NCBI RefSeq assembly: GCF_002113885.1
Contig: NW_018408842.1
Location: 240,074-304,073, forward strand
Direction: 5' to 3'
From: Mizuhopecten yessoensis
Lineage: Eukaryota
Length of the DNA stretch: 64,000 nt
The translations under genes and the position numbers were made by a program. The notes beneath the pieces are model-generated. The model did not search any database, was not told the DNA's origin, and saw only the letters and a program-made list of their open reading frames with translations. This document shows positions 11,642-23,756 of this stretch, one piece after another; positions within the stretch are counted from its first letter, which is position 1, and every line of letters starts with the position of its first letter.

Positions 11642-12870
11642 GTAAATATAACATTATCCTTGTTACCAGTTAATATAACATGTATCCTTGTAACCAGTAA
11701 ATATAACATGTATCCCTGTAACCAGTACATATAACATGTATCCCTGTAACCAGTTAATATAACATATATCCCTGTAACCAGTAAATATAACACTTATCCT
11801 TGTAACCAGTAAATATAACATGTATGCTTGTAACCAGTAAATATAACATGTATCCTTGTAACCAGTAAATATAACATGTATCCCTGTAACCAGTAAATAT
11901 AACATGTATCCCTGTAACCAGTAAATATAACATNNNNNNNNNNNNNNNNNNNNNNNNNNNNNNNNNNNNNNNNNNNNNNNNNNNNNNNNNNNNNNNNNNN
12001 NNNNNNNNNNNNNNNNNNNNNNNNNNNNNNNNNNNNNNNNNNNNNNNNNNNNNNNNNNNNNNNNNNNNNNNNNNNNNNNNNNNNNNNNNNNNNNNNNNNN
12101 NNNNNNNNNNNNNNNNNNNNNNNNNNNNNNNNNNNNNNNNNNNNNNNNNNNNNNNNNNNNNNNNNNNNNNNNNNNNNNNNNNNNNNNNNNNNNNNNNNNN
12201 NNNNNNNNNNNNNNNNNNNNNNNNNNNNNNNNNNNNNNNNNNNNNNNNNNNNNNNNNNNNNNNNNNNNNNNNNNNNNNNNNNNNNNNNNNNNNNNNNNNN
12301 NNNNNNNNNNNNNNNNNNNNNNNNNNNNNNNNNNNNNNNNNNNNNNNNNNNNNNNNNNNNNNNNNNNNNNNNNNNNNNNNNNNNNNNNNNNNNNNNNNNN
12401 NNNNNNNNNNNNNNNNNNNNNNNNNNNNNNNNNNNNNNNNNNNNNNNNNNNNNNNNNNNNNNNNNNNNNNNNNNNNNNNNNNNNNNNNNNNNNNNNNNNN
12501 NNNNNNNNNNNNNNNNNNNNNNNNNNNNNNNNNNNNNNNNNNNTAACATGTATCCTTGTAACCAGTAAATATAACATGTATCATTGTTACCAGTAAAAAT
12601 AACATGTATCCTTGTATCCAGTAAATACAATATGTATCCTTGTTACCAGTAAATATAACATGAACCCTTGTTACCAGTAATTTTAATATGTATCCTTGTA
12701 ACCAGTAAATATAACATGTATCCTTGTTACCAGTAAATATAACATGAACCCTTGTTACCAGTAATTGTAATATGTATCCTTGTAACCAGTAAATACAACA
12801 TGTATCCTTGTAACCAGTAAATATAACATGTATCCCTGTAACCAGTAAATATAACATTTATCCTTGTTAG
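11642..12870. repeat. 28-bp tandem satellite spanning an assembly gap
   Basis: Unit GTAACCAGTAAATATAACATGTATCCTT on both sides of the N run. Confidence 0.95.
11934..12543. other. Assembly gap (610 N)
   Basis: Run of N. Confidence 1.
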
Positions 12871-14687
12871 CAATAAGTAATTGATGTGTATTTGTAACAA
12901 TTTATTGTTATTTCTACATATGTACATGTATAGTCCAAAGGAATAGATTTCATAACTCCCATTAATTTGAGAGAATGACACATAATCAGCACGTTACATG
13001 TATTTGTTTACGGGTCTTGGGATAGTACAACAGGCTTTCAATCAATAATATCCAATGTACATTAATTTTTGTTCGAATATAACAAAACTCATTATTTTTA
13101 AATGTTCCGTTCATTTTACTTTCCAGTTTCGTCTGTGATATTTGATACTGATGTAACACAAATTGGTGACGCGACCATCTAGGTGTAAAGTTCTGTTAAT
13201 ACTCGGGTCGGGTTTTGTTTTGTCGTCTGAATACCACTTCGATCGTAATGAAATTTAAATATTCATCAAGTGAGGCTATCCCGGCATCAGTCTACCGAAC
13301 GCTTCCCTAATAAGCCTGCACTATACCACCACTAACAGGAAACAACGACCCGGATCATTAGGGGCACGTGACACCAGCACGTGGAACTCGTGTGCACACA
13401 CGTGTACATTGGTCACACACGAACCATATGTGATGCCGTTTTGAGAATGTGAAAATATGCTAACACTTACGTTTTCAAATTAATGTTTGTATTCAAAACA
13501 AACTTAGTATTTATCAGTTACGTGTTCATTTCATGGTAAAAGCCGACCACTGCGATACGCATTAAACACAGACTAAGTAGTTTCAACTGAGCAAACAAAG
13601 TGCGGATCAAAAACTAAATGTTTGTTGGAATATACAAAGGTCTAGGAGTACCTGTTTGGGTTAGTTATTAAATGATTACAAGGCTCAGTTATTTTAATCC
13701 GTATTTGATCCAGTATTGTCAGCATACTCCCTGAGCTATCAAAACGTATCGATTAAAATAATATTTCTAATTAGATTGACGAATAGAAACAAAAATTACG
13801 CCGATTTTCTTGTTTATTACTTATTTCGAACCAATGTTATTAAAACCAATTCTTAGGTTCAATGGCGCCATTAAAAAGATTTTCTTAATTCGATTTAACG
13901 ATATCAGAAATACAGTCGTTGTTTTATATGAAAAACGGAATGAATAGTAAACAGCACTAAAAAAAACAGGTATATAGTTGGTTGTTAATAGGGGATTATT
14001 TCAATAACTTCGATTGATGGAACGAAAAGAAAAAATGACGATAACATATATACATAATGTAGATGGAATGAAAGAGTCGGGCAACCGTACCGCTTTAATA
14101 CAAAGTTAAGCAGTATTTGTAATTGCCTTGGATTGATGCTGATTTACAGTGTTTACTATGAACGTACTGCAGGGATCGTTTATTGTACAGAACCTTCCAC
14201 AAAGAAAAACGAAATGTTAATTTCCATTGTTTTATTGACAACTGAACGGATTCCTTGATGGAGAGACACATACATAATTTATAAATTCTAACGTGTATTG
14301 ACTGATACGTTCAGTAGTTGAGTTTGAAGTGGTCTCAACACTTGTATGATATGTTTGGTGTATACCTGGGTTATCACCAGGAGTATGAGAATTTAAATGA
14401 ATCCTTAGTCGATGAATTGCACCACCATAAACTTAATTACAGTACTATACAGTCTAAACCGATCAACAAGTCACGGCGTGCGTATAGCGAGTGTCGACTA
14501 AAAAATAAACTACAGAAGTAATCCCCGAGGAACGTCCCACATCGCTTAAATACATGTACATATATATATATATCAATACCTATTGGTAAACGTGCATTGA
14601 CACCATACACAGATATATGTACAGTATAGCACTGACGTTCACACGTCACGGGGATCGATTAGACTTCAGTGCAACAAGCATTTTTTC

Positions 14688-14748
14688 ATGGCGTTTAGTA
14701 TGAAATATGTCCTATTATTTTTACTTTTTGGACTACTATTGACCTCAG
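14688..14748 (+). CDS. Exon 1 of a small secreted peptide gene: signal peptide MAFSMKYVLLFLLFGLLLTS(G)
   Basis: ATG followed by a basic residue and a hydrophobic core; consensus donor CAG|GTAAGC (phase 1); an Inr-like TCAGT at about 14667. Confidence 0.8.
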
Positions 14749-15038
14749 GTAAGCTACTTTTCTAAATTAAACTTTTATCTTGTTTTGAATTATGTCATTT
14801 TCGGTTACTTATATGATTTCGATAATGGCACGGTTATGTATTTATCTGTGAAATGATGTATGACAAAGTTGAAGTGGGACATGTCTATATCATTACTATG
14901 TATATGGGCATACACCCCAGACTATATTGAGGCTGATCTAATTGATCCTGTTAAGACAAGGTGTAAACCTCACACTCAGTTATTATTTGGGTATAGACTC
15001 ATCCGTCCTGAGTGGACAGGATATAAAGACAAAGTATG

Positions 15039-16870
15039 AACTGGACAGTCCGGAATAGACAGTTATTTAATTGCACAGTCCGGTATAGACGATATTTAGT
15101 TGCACAGTCCAGTATAGACGATTAGACTGTTCAGTCCGATATAGACAGTATTTAACTGCATGGTCCGATATAGACGATAAGACTGCACAGTCCAGTATAG
15201 ACAATAATTAACTGCACAGTCCGATATAGACATATTCCAAACTAGATAGCCCGGTATAGACGATATAAAACTGGACAGTCCGGTATAGACAGAAATTTAA
15301 CTAAACAGTCTGGTAAAGACTGATATTAAACTGGACTGTCCGGTATAGACAGATACATGTATTAAACTCGACAGTCCGATATAGACATATATTAAACTCG
15401 ACAGTGCGGTATAGACGATATTTAACTTAACACTCTGGTATACGTTTAGACTGATATTAAACTGGGGAGTCCGGTAAAGACAGGTATTAAACTGGACAGT
15501 CCGTTATAGACATATATTAAACTCGACAGTGCGGTATAGACGATATTTAACTTAACAGTCTGGTATACGTATGTACTGTTATTAAACTGGACAGTTTGGT
15601 AAAGACAGATAGTAAACTGGACAGTCCGGTATAGACAGAAATTTAACTAAACAGTCCGGTATAGACGATATTTAACTAAACAGTCTGGTATAGACAGATA
15701 TTTAACTAAGCAGTCCGGTATAGACAGATATTAGACTCGACAGTGCGGTATAGACGAAATTTAACTTAACAGTCTGGTATACGTTTAGACTGATATTAAA
15801 CTGGGGAGTCCGGTAAAGACAGGTATTAAACTGGACAGTCCAATATAGACATATATTAAACTCGACAGTGCGGTATAGACGATATTTTACTAAACAGTCT
15901 GGTATACGTATATACTGTTATTAAACTGGACAGTTTGGTAAAGACAGATAGTAAACTGGACAGTCCGGTATAGACAGAAATTTAACTAAACAGTCCGGTA
16001 TAGACGATATTTAACTAAACAGTCTGGTATAGACATATATTAAACTGGACAGTCCGATATAGACAGATATTAAAATGACAGTCCGGTATAGATAAATATT
16101 AAACTGGACAGTCCGGTATAGCCGATATAAAACTGGACAGTCTGGTATAGACAGATATTAAACTGGACAGTCTGGTATAGACAGATATTTAACTAAACAA
16201 TCAGGTTTAGACGACATTTAACTAAACAGTCTGGTTAAGACAGATATTAAACTCGACAGTGCGGTATAAGCAGATATTAAACTGGACAGTCTGGTATAGA
16301 CAAACATTAAACTGGACAGCCTGGTAAGGACAGATATCTAACTAAACAGTCCGGTATAGACTATATTTAACTAAACAGTCCGGTATAGACGATATTTAAC
16401 TAAACAGTCTGGTATATACTGATATTTAACTGGACAGTCCGGTATAGACAGATATTAAACTGGATAGTCCGGTATAGACATATATTAAACTCGACAGTGC
16501 GGTATAGACGATATTTAACTTAACACTCTGGTATAGGTTTAGACTGATATTAAACTGGTGAGTCCGGTAAAGACAGGTATTAAACTGGTAGTCCGGTATA
16601 GACAGACATTAAACTGGACAGTCCGGTGTAGACAGATATTTAACTAAACAGTCCAGTATAGACGATATTTAACTAAACAGTCCGGTATAGACAGATATTT
16701 AACTGGACTGTCCGGTATAGACATCAACATGTATTAAACTGGACAGTCCAGAATAGTTGAGGAAAAGTCTCGTCAACTCGGTACAGATATGGAATGAACT
16801 GAACACTCCGGTAAAGACAGAGATTGAGCTTGACAGTCGAGTATATATAGGGAGAGACTGAATTGAACAG
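15039..16870. repeat. Degenerate ~30-bp tandem repeat in intron 1 of the peptide gene, with a ~340-bp higher-order duplication
   Basis: Unit AACTGGACAGTCCGGTATAGACAGATATTA; a diagnostic variant block recurs at 15441, 15780 and about 16535. Confidence 0.93.
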
Positions 16871-17382
16871 TCAGGAATAGAGAAGGTTCAAGCTAATCAG
16901 AAAGAGTATACCTTATCATTACAGTATCTGGACACGAATTTTTATAAACAAACCGGGAACGCCGATAAAGCAAAGAGCTTGCAGGTTTTGTTTGCATTGA
17001 AATAATAAAACAGTTATGGACTGGAGATTCACGAAACAGTCATTGTATTGTTACTTTACGATTACTTATCCTTCGGCAAAAGATTACTGTTTGTCTCGTT
17101 CCAATTCTAAAACTGTTTTATATAGATGTTTGTCAAGCTTAGTGTCCTGATCAAATTGGTTCTGTCTAATATAGCAGGCGATCTTAATACGGTACTGGTG
17201 ACGAGACACATACATGTACAGTAAGTAGTACAACATGCACTAGACACACACTTTTACCAAAGGCTTGTTTAGCTCGATTTTTGTGGTATTTAACAAGATA
17301 CTTTCATTTTATTTGGAAGCTCCCGGCTCATTTCCTTCCCTGTTGATTTTCAATTTCGATTGTGTGTAAACGTTGTCCACAG

Positions 17383-17517
17383 GCGAGGAGACCCGGACGG
17401 ACGTGACGGTATGGTCCCGGCTATGGAATACAGTGTCCGGAGCCTTATGGATGACAGAAGAGGTGTGCGAGGAGGGAGGCGGTGTCTTCGTCAGGGGAAC
17501 GTGCTACCAGCTGATAG
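17383..17517 (+). CDS. Exon 2 of the small secreted peptide gene: (G)EETRTDVTVWSRLWNTVSGALWMTEEVCEEGGGVFVRGTCYQLI
   Basis: GC-rich island with acceptor gttgtccacAG and donor AG|GTAAC; 135 nt, symmetric phase 1, no stop in the phase-compatible frame. Confidence 0.8.
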
Positions 17518-18152
17518 GTAACACACATTTTACGTGAAATGTTGTAATTAACCATTAAAACCTGAACAATAAATAATTATTCCAACAGTTTTCTAGACGT
17601 GTGTCTGTCTCATCATTATTACGTGTTTTCTCTCATTCCCGCATGACAGAGCTGTTCAGAGTTGACATTTTACCCAAATGAAAACCCCTTCGTCGAATTT
17701 CCTTATCCTACACCTCTGGGCATGAACGATTATTATAATGATCAGACTTCTCGGCGTGTACCTGTCTCGTTGTGCACAATGTCAGCGGCTTATCATGCTT
17801 TACTGGAAGGTGACAGAGTGCATATCAAACTGTTCATCGAAAAATTACACAACAATATTCCACTGGCTGTGCTATATGAACCGGTATACAGATAAAGTAA
17901 GCACTAATGTAGGTAAGCTTATTCGTGCCATTTATCAGCGATATGTCCCCTCCCTCATATTTCCCTTATTCAAAAACTCGTACGTGCGACTATATCTATT
18001 TCGTTCGTACGACTATTATCTCGTTCGTACAATTTTTCATTTCGTTCGTACTATTTCGTAAGAACGAGACAAAAAGTCTAAAATTTAAACTTTACATGAT
18101 CAGGTAGAATAATGATCATGATATTTACATTTGTTTGTTATTGCTTTTGTAG

Positions 18153-18184
18153 ATCTTGACGATATACAGTCAGACATCTCCTAA
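18153..18184 (+). CDS. Exon 3 (terminal coding part) of the small secreted peptide gene: (D)LDDIQSDIS*
   Basis: Strong acceptor tttgtttgttattgcttttgtAG, phase 1, TAA at 18182-18184. Total CDS 61+135+32 = 228 nt = 75 aa plus stop. Confidence 0.65.
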
Positions 18185-20399
18185 GTAGTAATGCTGACGG
18201 GAGAAATGGCAACTCATGTTGTGAAACAGTACCTCAATTATCGTCACGTCGCTCGACCTTGCCTTCGTCAACGTTGCTTACAAGTCAACACAGGACATCA
18301 AATACAGGCTTTTCGTCACTTGAAATCCACGAATCCTATCCGTGCGGTAACAATTCGTGTATTTGGATTAAGGTATAAGTCGAGGGCTAATTCTTAATTG
18401 TCTGGCGATTCTTATCACATCTTTCTAATCTTGATGTTCCATATGTGACCAACAGACGATCAAGACTTGACAAGATAGACCTGCACAAGATCATTTCTGG
18501 GATGTATGGCCCTAATATATCACATTCAATCCGGTCCACTGAGGAAAGGGCTCTTCGATTCCATATGGATATAATTCTACAACACTATCGACAATGCGTT
18601 TTATTCTTCCAGTAGACAACATGGAGTCACCGACAAACTGACAATTGGAATGGCATTGATGAAAACAAAAATGTACCGGGAAATCAAAGTCAAATACTTT
18701 GTTATAAAATTGTGATAGTATGTATACTTAATCGTTTTCAAAGAAACAGCAATCATAGCATTATAAAAAGTTCTTTTTACACAACCAATACGATTTTATA
18801 TGACATTTCGATGACTAGTGCGATACGTACACTGCCACCTACATCAGACAAATGACCAGTGAAGCGTATGCACACAAAGGTGTAAAATGTGTACGATTTG
18901 TCCACAAAATCGATGTCGATTCGGCTACGCTGTAAGCGCATGTACAATAATTGTTATATATGTACCGAAATGACTCGATTCAGCTACGCTTTAGTTTAAA
19001 CATATTGTATTGCTTCTAACTTCAAGCAAGAGGATTGGGCACAAGTTATGACAACTTTGTCGCTACGCTTTGTTTAATACTTAGTCATAGATATGCGAGA
19101 GTCTTTGAGCCCCCTCATCTCGATTTAGAACAATATGCTGTTCTGAATTTGATTTGTTTTCAATATTTGGCCAGGGAAAAGTGCTTTTTAGTTCACAGTG
19201 CTATTTATTTCTCTATTTCTTTATTTCTTTATTGTATTCAATTTCCAGAGAAAGTGTGTTACTGCTATTATATTAACAATTTATGCCAGTGTTTTTAGAA
19301 CAAATGATCTAGATATCATGCAAATTGACAATTTGTGTGTACCTGCTCCCTAAGTACAGGAAATATAACAGAATTGCAATAAGTTCATATTCAGTTGAGA
19401 GAATGTACGTTAGTGCAAACAAACCGACCAAAGTACGTAAAGTGATTTATTTTACCCGGAGTAGTTATACATAATAAAACATCAAGTCACAATATCAAGG
19501 ATATCGACCCACATATCACAGAGAGAAATAGATTTTTCACAATGTGACATATACGCGTTTTATTTTCAAAATATTTCCATACATCACAAACAACACAACA
19601 CGAGGTTTGGGATTAGATGTCTGCGTAAACGTCTAATTGGTAGGAAAGGTCATACATGTATCCCTCTGATAAATACCCGGGATCTATCATCGACAAAGTG
19701 GATTCAACTTGTGACAGTCGATCCTGAAAGGTTCTATATCCGTATCTTGGTACTTGTATGTGAAACACTGTATGTACCTGTAACATAGCCGTGTATCGAA
19801 AACAGGTTGAGTAAACTCTATTTTATTACTTTAAATTATATACCCACAATAAAGTTAATAGTCTAGAAGTTTTATTTTTTATTTGGGCTGTAACCGGACA
19901 GGAAGCTGAAACACCTAGTCAATGTACACAGCAGAATTTAATACTATCGTGTTGTTTTCTTGAAATTAATAACAGGAATGCGAATTATATGAAGTAAGTA
20001 AATCACATTGCATACAATTGGTAGTTTTTAAATTGGGTCAGTTATTAAAGCCCGTGGAACACGCTTAACTTTAATAGTTTATACTTATATATGACATAAC
20101 AGGATATTTATTAAGCCGTGAATGAAGTCTTCAATCAGTGTCGTAAACGGTGTGTTCATAGACAAGGATATAGTTTATAACTAATGACATTACATGATAT
20201 TTATTAAACCCTGAAATAAGCCTATATTCAATGACGTTACAAGTGTTTTAATAGACCCTAATTGTACATATACTTCCGGGTGTTACTTCCGTATTACTAG
20301 ACAGTACATTCGACCCATAGTTAATGAAAGACTGTAATAATAACCCCTTAATTTAAGGAAGAAATATAATACTTCCTTTCCCGCCAAAATATTACAAGA

Positions 20400-21395
20400 C
20401 TGTAAGGCTTTGCCGAGGGGTTTGCCAAATTTGAAAATCCCTAGGTTGGAATTTCCCTATCCTACACTTTTGGGCATGACAGAATATGTTTTTCTCATTC
20501 CAACCACCAGAATAAGCTCAGAAACCATGAAAATGCGTTTGGACTGGCCACCTTTTTGAAAATATCAATCCCCACCCCCCCCCCCCCCCCCCATGAGCTT
20601 TTTAGAGCTTTTTCGGCCAGCCGGATTTAGTATATCCCACAGAGTTTGCACAGGAACATTAATCACATCTTTCTAACGTATACGGTAAATATATCAAAAA
20701 AGAATTTCATCACGTCGCCTTTTCCGCATTGCGGCATCGGAGAGTTTCAAATTCGTGACGTCACGTCATTGTCGAGTCATTGTGACGTCACGTCACGTGA
20801 AATGGGGTGTAAGATAGACATTTCTCTTACCCTGGACAGGTGTATCCGCACTTTTACCGGTGTGAGATTTCCTTGTCTCACCCCAGGGTTGAGACTGGGG
20901 GATTCCCCTATTCATAACAATGGCATGACGTCACTTCAACAATACAATGACGTCACGTCAACAATCCGCCAACGTCACGTCAACCCTGAATTTAGCATGT
21001 AACGTTATCGTTACATTGTGTATATGATACACAAATACACACAATGGGAGAACAGGGTAAGAGAAAAAGAATCATTCACCCCCTTGTGGGTGAGATAGGG
21101 GAATCTCCAACCTCGGGAAAAGATTCTTAAGTTGCCAAACACTCGGCAAAGCCTCGTGTTTGGCAACTTAAGAATCTTCCAAGGGGATGAAAGATTCTAT
21201 TATTCCTACACCCCTTTCTTACCCTGGACTAATAGAATCTTACATGGGTCTATTCCGTGGACAGGGATATCTCAACCCGAGTGTAAGAGTTTGGCTGGTC
21301 AGCACGAGGCTTGCCGAGTGCTGGCCAGCCAAACTCTTACACGAGGGTTAAGATATCCCTGTCTATGGAACAGACCCATGTAAAATTCTATTATT
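20400..21395. mobile_element. Cluster of Crypton-type palindromic hairpin modules with TGACGTCA-rich spacers
   Basis: Hairpins at about 21120-21178 and 21231-21392 (near-perfect ~160 bp) with loops TCGGCAAAGCCTC and GAGGCTTGCCGA; a further loop remnant at 20405; adjacent to a tyrosine-recombinase remnant. Confidence 0.65.
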
Positions 21396-21713
21396 TTTCT
21401 CCCACATTTTCATATCGTAAAAATACCTCCACTGCGAAGTTGTATTTTATGCACCGTACTATCATCAATGGCGCATGAATACACTCATAGCCGCTGTGCT
21501 GCAAATGCGTGTACAAAATCCGCAACGTCAATAAAAAATAGCAGTCATAATTAAATTCAGATATTTAATACCATTAGTAGTATAAGCAACGTTATATTGT
21601 ATAATGACATTTCTTTTGTTATAAGATTAATCTATATAGTGTTTTTAACGAAAACACACAGAACTACCTGCAGTCGCTGACTTCACGCTTCGAAAAGTTC
21701 ACTCGGAGTCAGA

Positions 21714-21901
21714 ATTCCGTCTTTGCGTATTGCAGAGTTATCTTCTCTTGTGAGCAGGTATTGATTGTGACGTCATTGGTTTGTGAGAGTACCGTCATCA
21801 ATTGTTGTGAAAACGACGCAATTTTCTCACACAAACCAATGACGTAACAATCAATACCTGCTCACAAGAGAAGATAACTCTGCAATACGCAAAGACGGAA
21901 T
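21714..21901. mobile_element. Palindromic MITE, copy 1 (~188 bp), inserted in the end of the Crypton ORF
   Basis: Near-perfect inverted repeat ATTCCGTCTTTGCGTATTGCAGAGTTATCTTCTCTTG... / ...CAAGAGAAGATAACTCTGCAATACGCAAAGACGGAAT; a second copy lies at 60709. Confidence 0.9.
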
Positions 21902-22255
21902 ACAACACCTTCGGTCGTTTCGTTTCGGGGGCTGACATCGTTGTATTATTGTTGATAGTAATATGTTAAATGTTCCTCCAGTGATTGTTGTGCCTTGGAA
22001 TATACTCGGGATTTTATATTCATTGGATTTACGAACGCTTTCATGTTCGCACAGGGACATGCTGTTGTGCGCTGTAGTCACATGTGTAATGTTTGTTAAC
22101 TGTTCGTTTGACATCGGCCGATGTGAGGTAGGTGCACTAGACCCAATGTGTCGTCCTAAGTCCGTTTGTACGGTTTCATTTTAGCGATTGGTGATTGAGA
22201 GAAGAGACGACATCTTATGTTTTTGTTTATTGTTGACTGTTCTGTAATTGTTTAA
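21902..22255 (-). mobile_element. C-terminal remnant of a Crypton-type tyrosine recombinase (DUF3504/ZMYM-KCTD1-like)
   Basis: Reads LNNYRTVNNKQKHKMSSLLS (catalytic-Tyr region, cf. SxxxYxxxSxxQQxxMSxxL), one stop, a low-complexity linker, then SIFQGTTITGGTFNI and a KRPKVLY|SDSE* tail continuing past the MITE. Confidence 0.7.
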
Positions 22256-23756
22256 TACATGTGTGTAACAAGTGATGATGTAATCGGTTTTGTTAAAAGT
22301 GCACAGGGTCACAGGTCATGTTGAAAGAAGTGCATTGTCTGTGACGTAATAGCGCTTGCCAGTTGTCTTGGTCGAGTTAGATCAAGACAGGTTTATCTTT
22401 TCCCTATCCAAAACGGGAATGTACCTGTTAAGTGTTGGAGAGATATATATATATAATTTCTGTACAATGTCATGTACAATATGTTGTTAAAAGCATTATC
22501 ATAATTATACAATCATGAAGAGTTATGATTCATTGTAGAAAAAATAAAGCAAACAGACAAAGCATGGCACTCATATATCATATCTTATATCTTAAAGTAT
22601 TAAAATGAACAAAAACATGCATCTCAAAGATACAATTATACATTTAGCTAAATGGCGAAACTATCCCTTCCAGCATGAAGCCTATTTTGCTGTTAGTTAA
22701 CTGACATTTACCTTGTAATATCTGGTCCTTATATTAACATATAACAAATCAGTATGTTAGAAGATAAAGTGCGACACCGGTACCTTGTACTGTCAATGTA
22801 CACCGCAGGTAAACGGTATGTGAGATCGTATTAGTACAGGATCACATGTACAGCTTTAGGAAGGGAGTTTGTTAAGCACTTAAACAATTGGCAAATAGAG
22901 AAAAGATATAATATTCCTATTTCATATTCAATAAAATTGTTACAGTAACAACTATGCGGACATTTGATAAATAGGCCCACTGGTAAATGCGCTTGCGTCA
23001 TATACAATTATTGAACGAGGTTAATACATTCAATATGATATTAACGCTAATGTAAGATCCTCTTTTTATCATATAATATTCATAACTTAAACAAATTCTA
23101 GCACAAATATTTCAGATGACTCTCAACAGGTAAAAACCGAAGAACTCCGATCATACATGTAGTATTGTCGTTCCGCGCAGTGAAAAGTTTTCCATATTTT
23201 TATTGTTTGATAATGATCAGTTTTGAATACAATGGAAATACAATGACAAAATATACATTTAAAATTCATATAATTGCAAAATGAAACAAAAATGGATATT
23301 GATCAGAACAAAAATACAGTCGATAATTTTCAAAATGTTGTAGTGGCGTATGAATATGTCCACACGGTTTTGACCAACGCAGTATACGTACCTTTAGGTT
23401 GTATCAAACGTGTGTATTAGGCCTACCACATTTATATGACCGTATACCATAGTAAAATGGGTCTTCTATTGATAAACAAAAACACAATACACACGCAAGG
23501 GCCAACTGTAATAGCATAACAAAGCTCTGCAAATAGAAAATGTCAAACATAGTAGTTTAATAATTATAATACAGTATAGATGTATATACGGGTTTCTCGT
23601 CGGTAAATTTATTTCTAAGATACTGTCATAGAAATATTTGAAATTATTCTTGTTTTATAATTTTGTATTGGATTGTCTTAAACAAGTTTAAAATAATATG
23701 TCCCAATAACACATTACTAGCTATGTTTAATATATAGAGTGTAATTGGTTTATATT

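Noticed and set aside
11471-12981. Several long ORFs (278-367 aa and neighbours)
   Set aside because: They consist of satellite sequence and N-gap read-through.
20750-20985. Cluster of TGACGTCA (CRE) sites as a TLR or peptide-gene enhancer
   Set aside because: The sites lie inside the Crypton-type repeat cluster; there is no evidence for host regulatory use.
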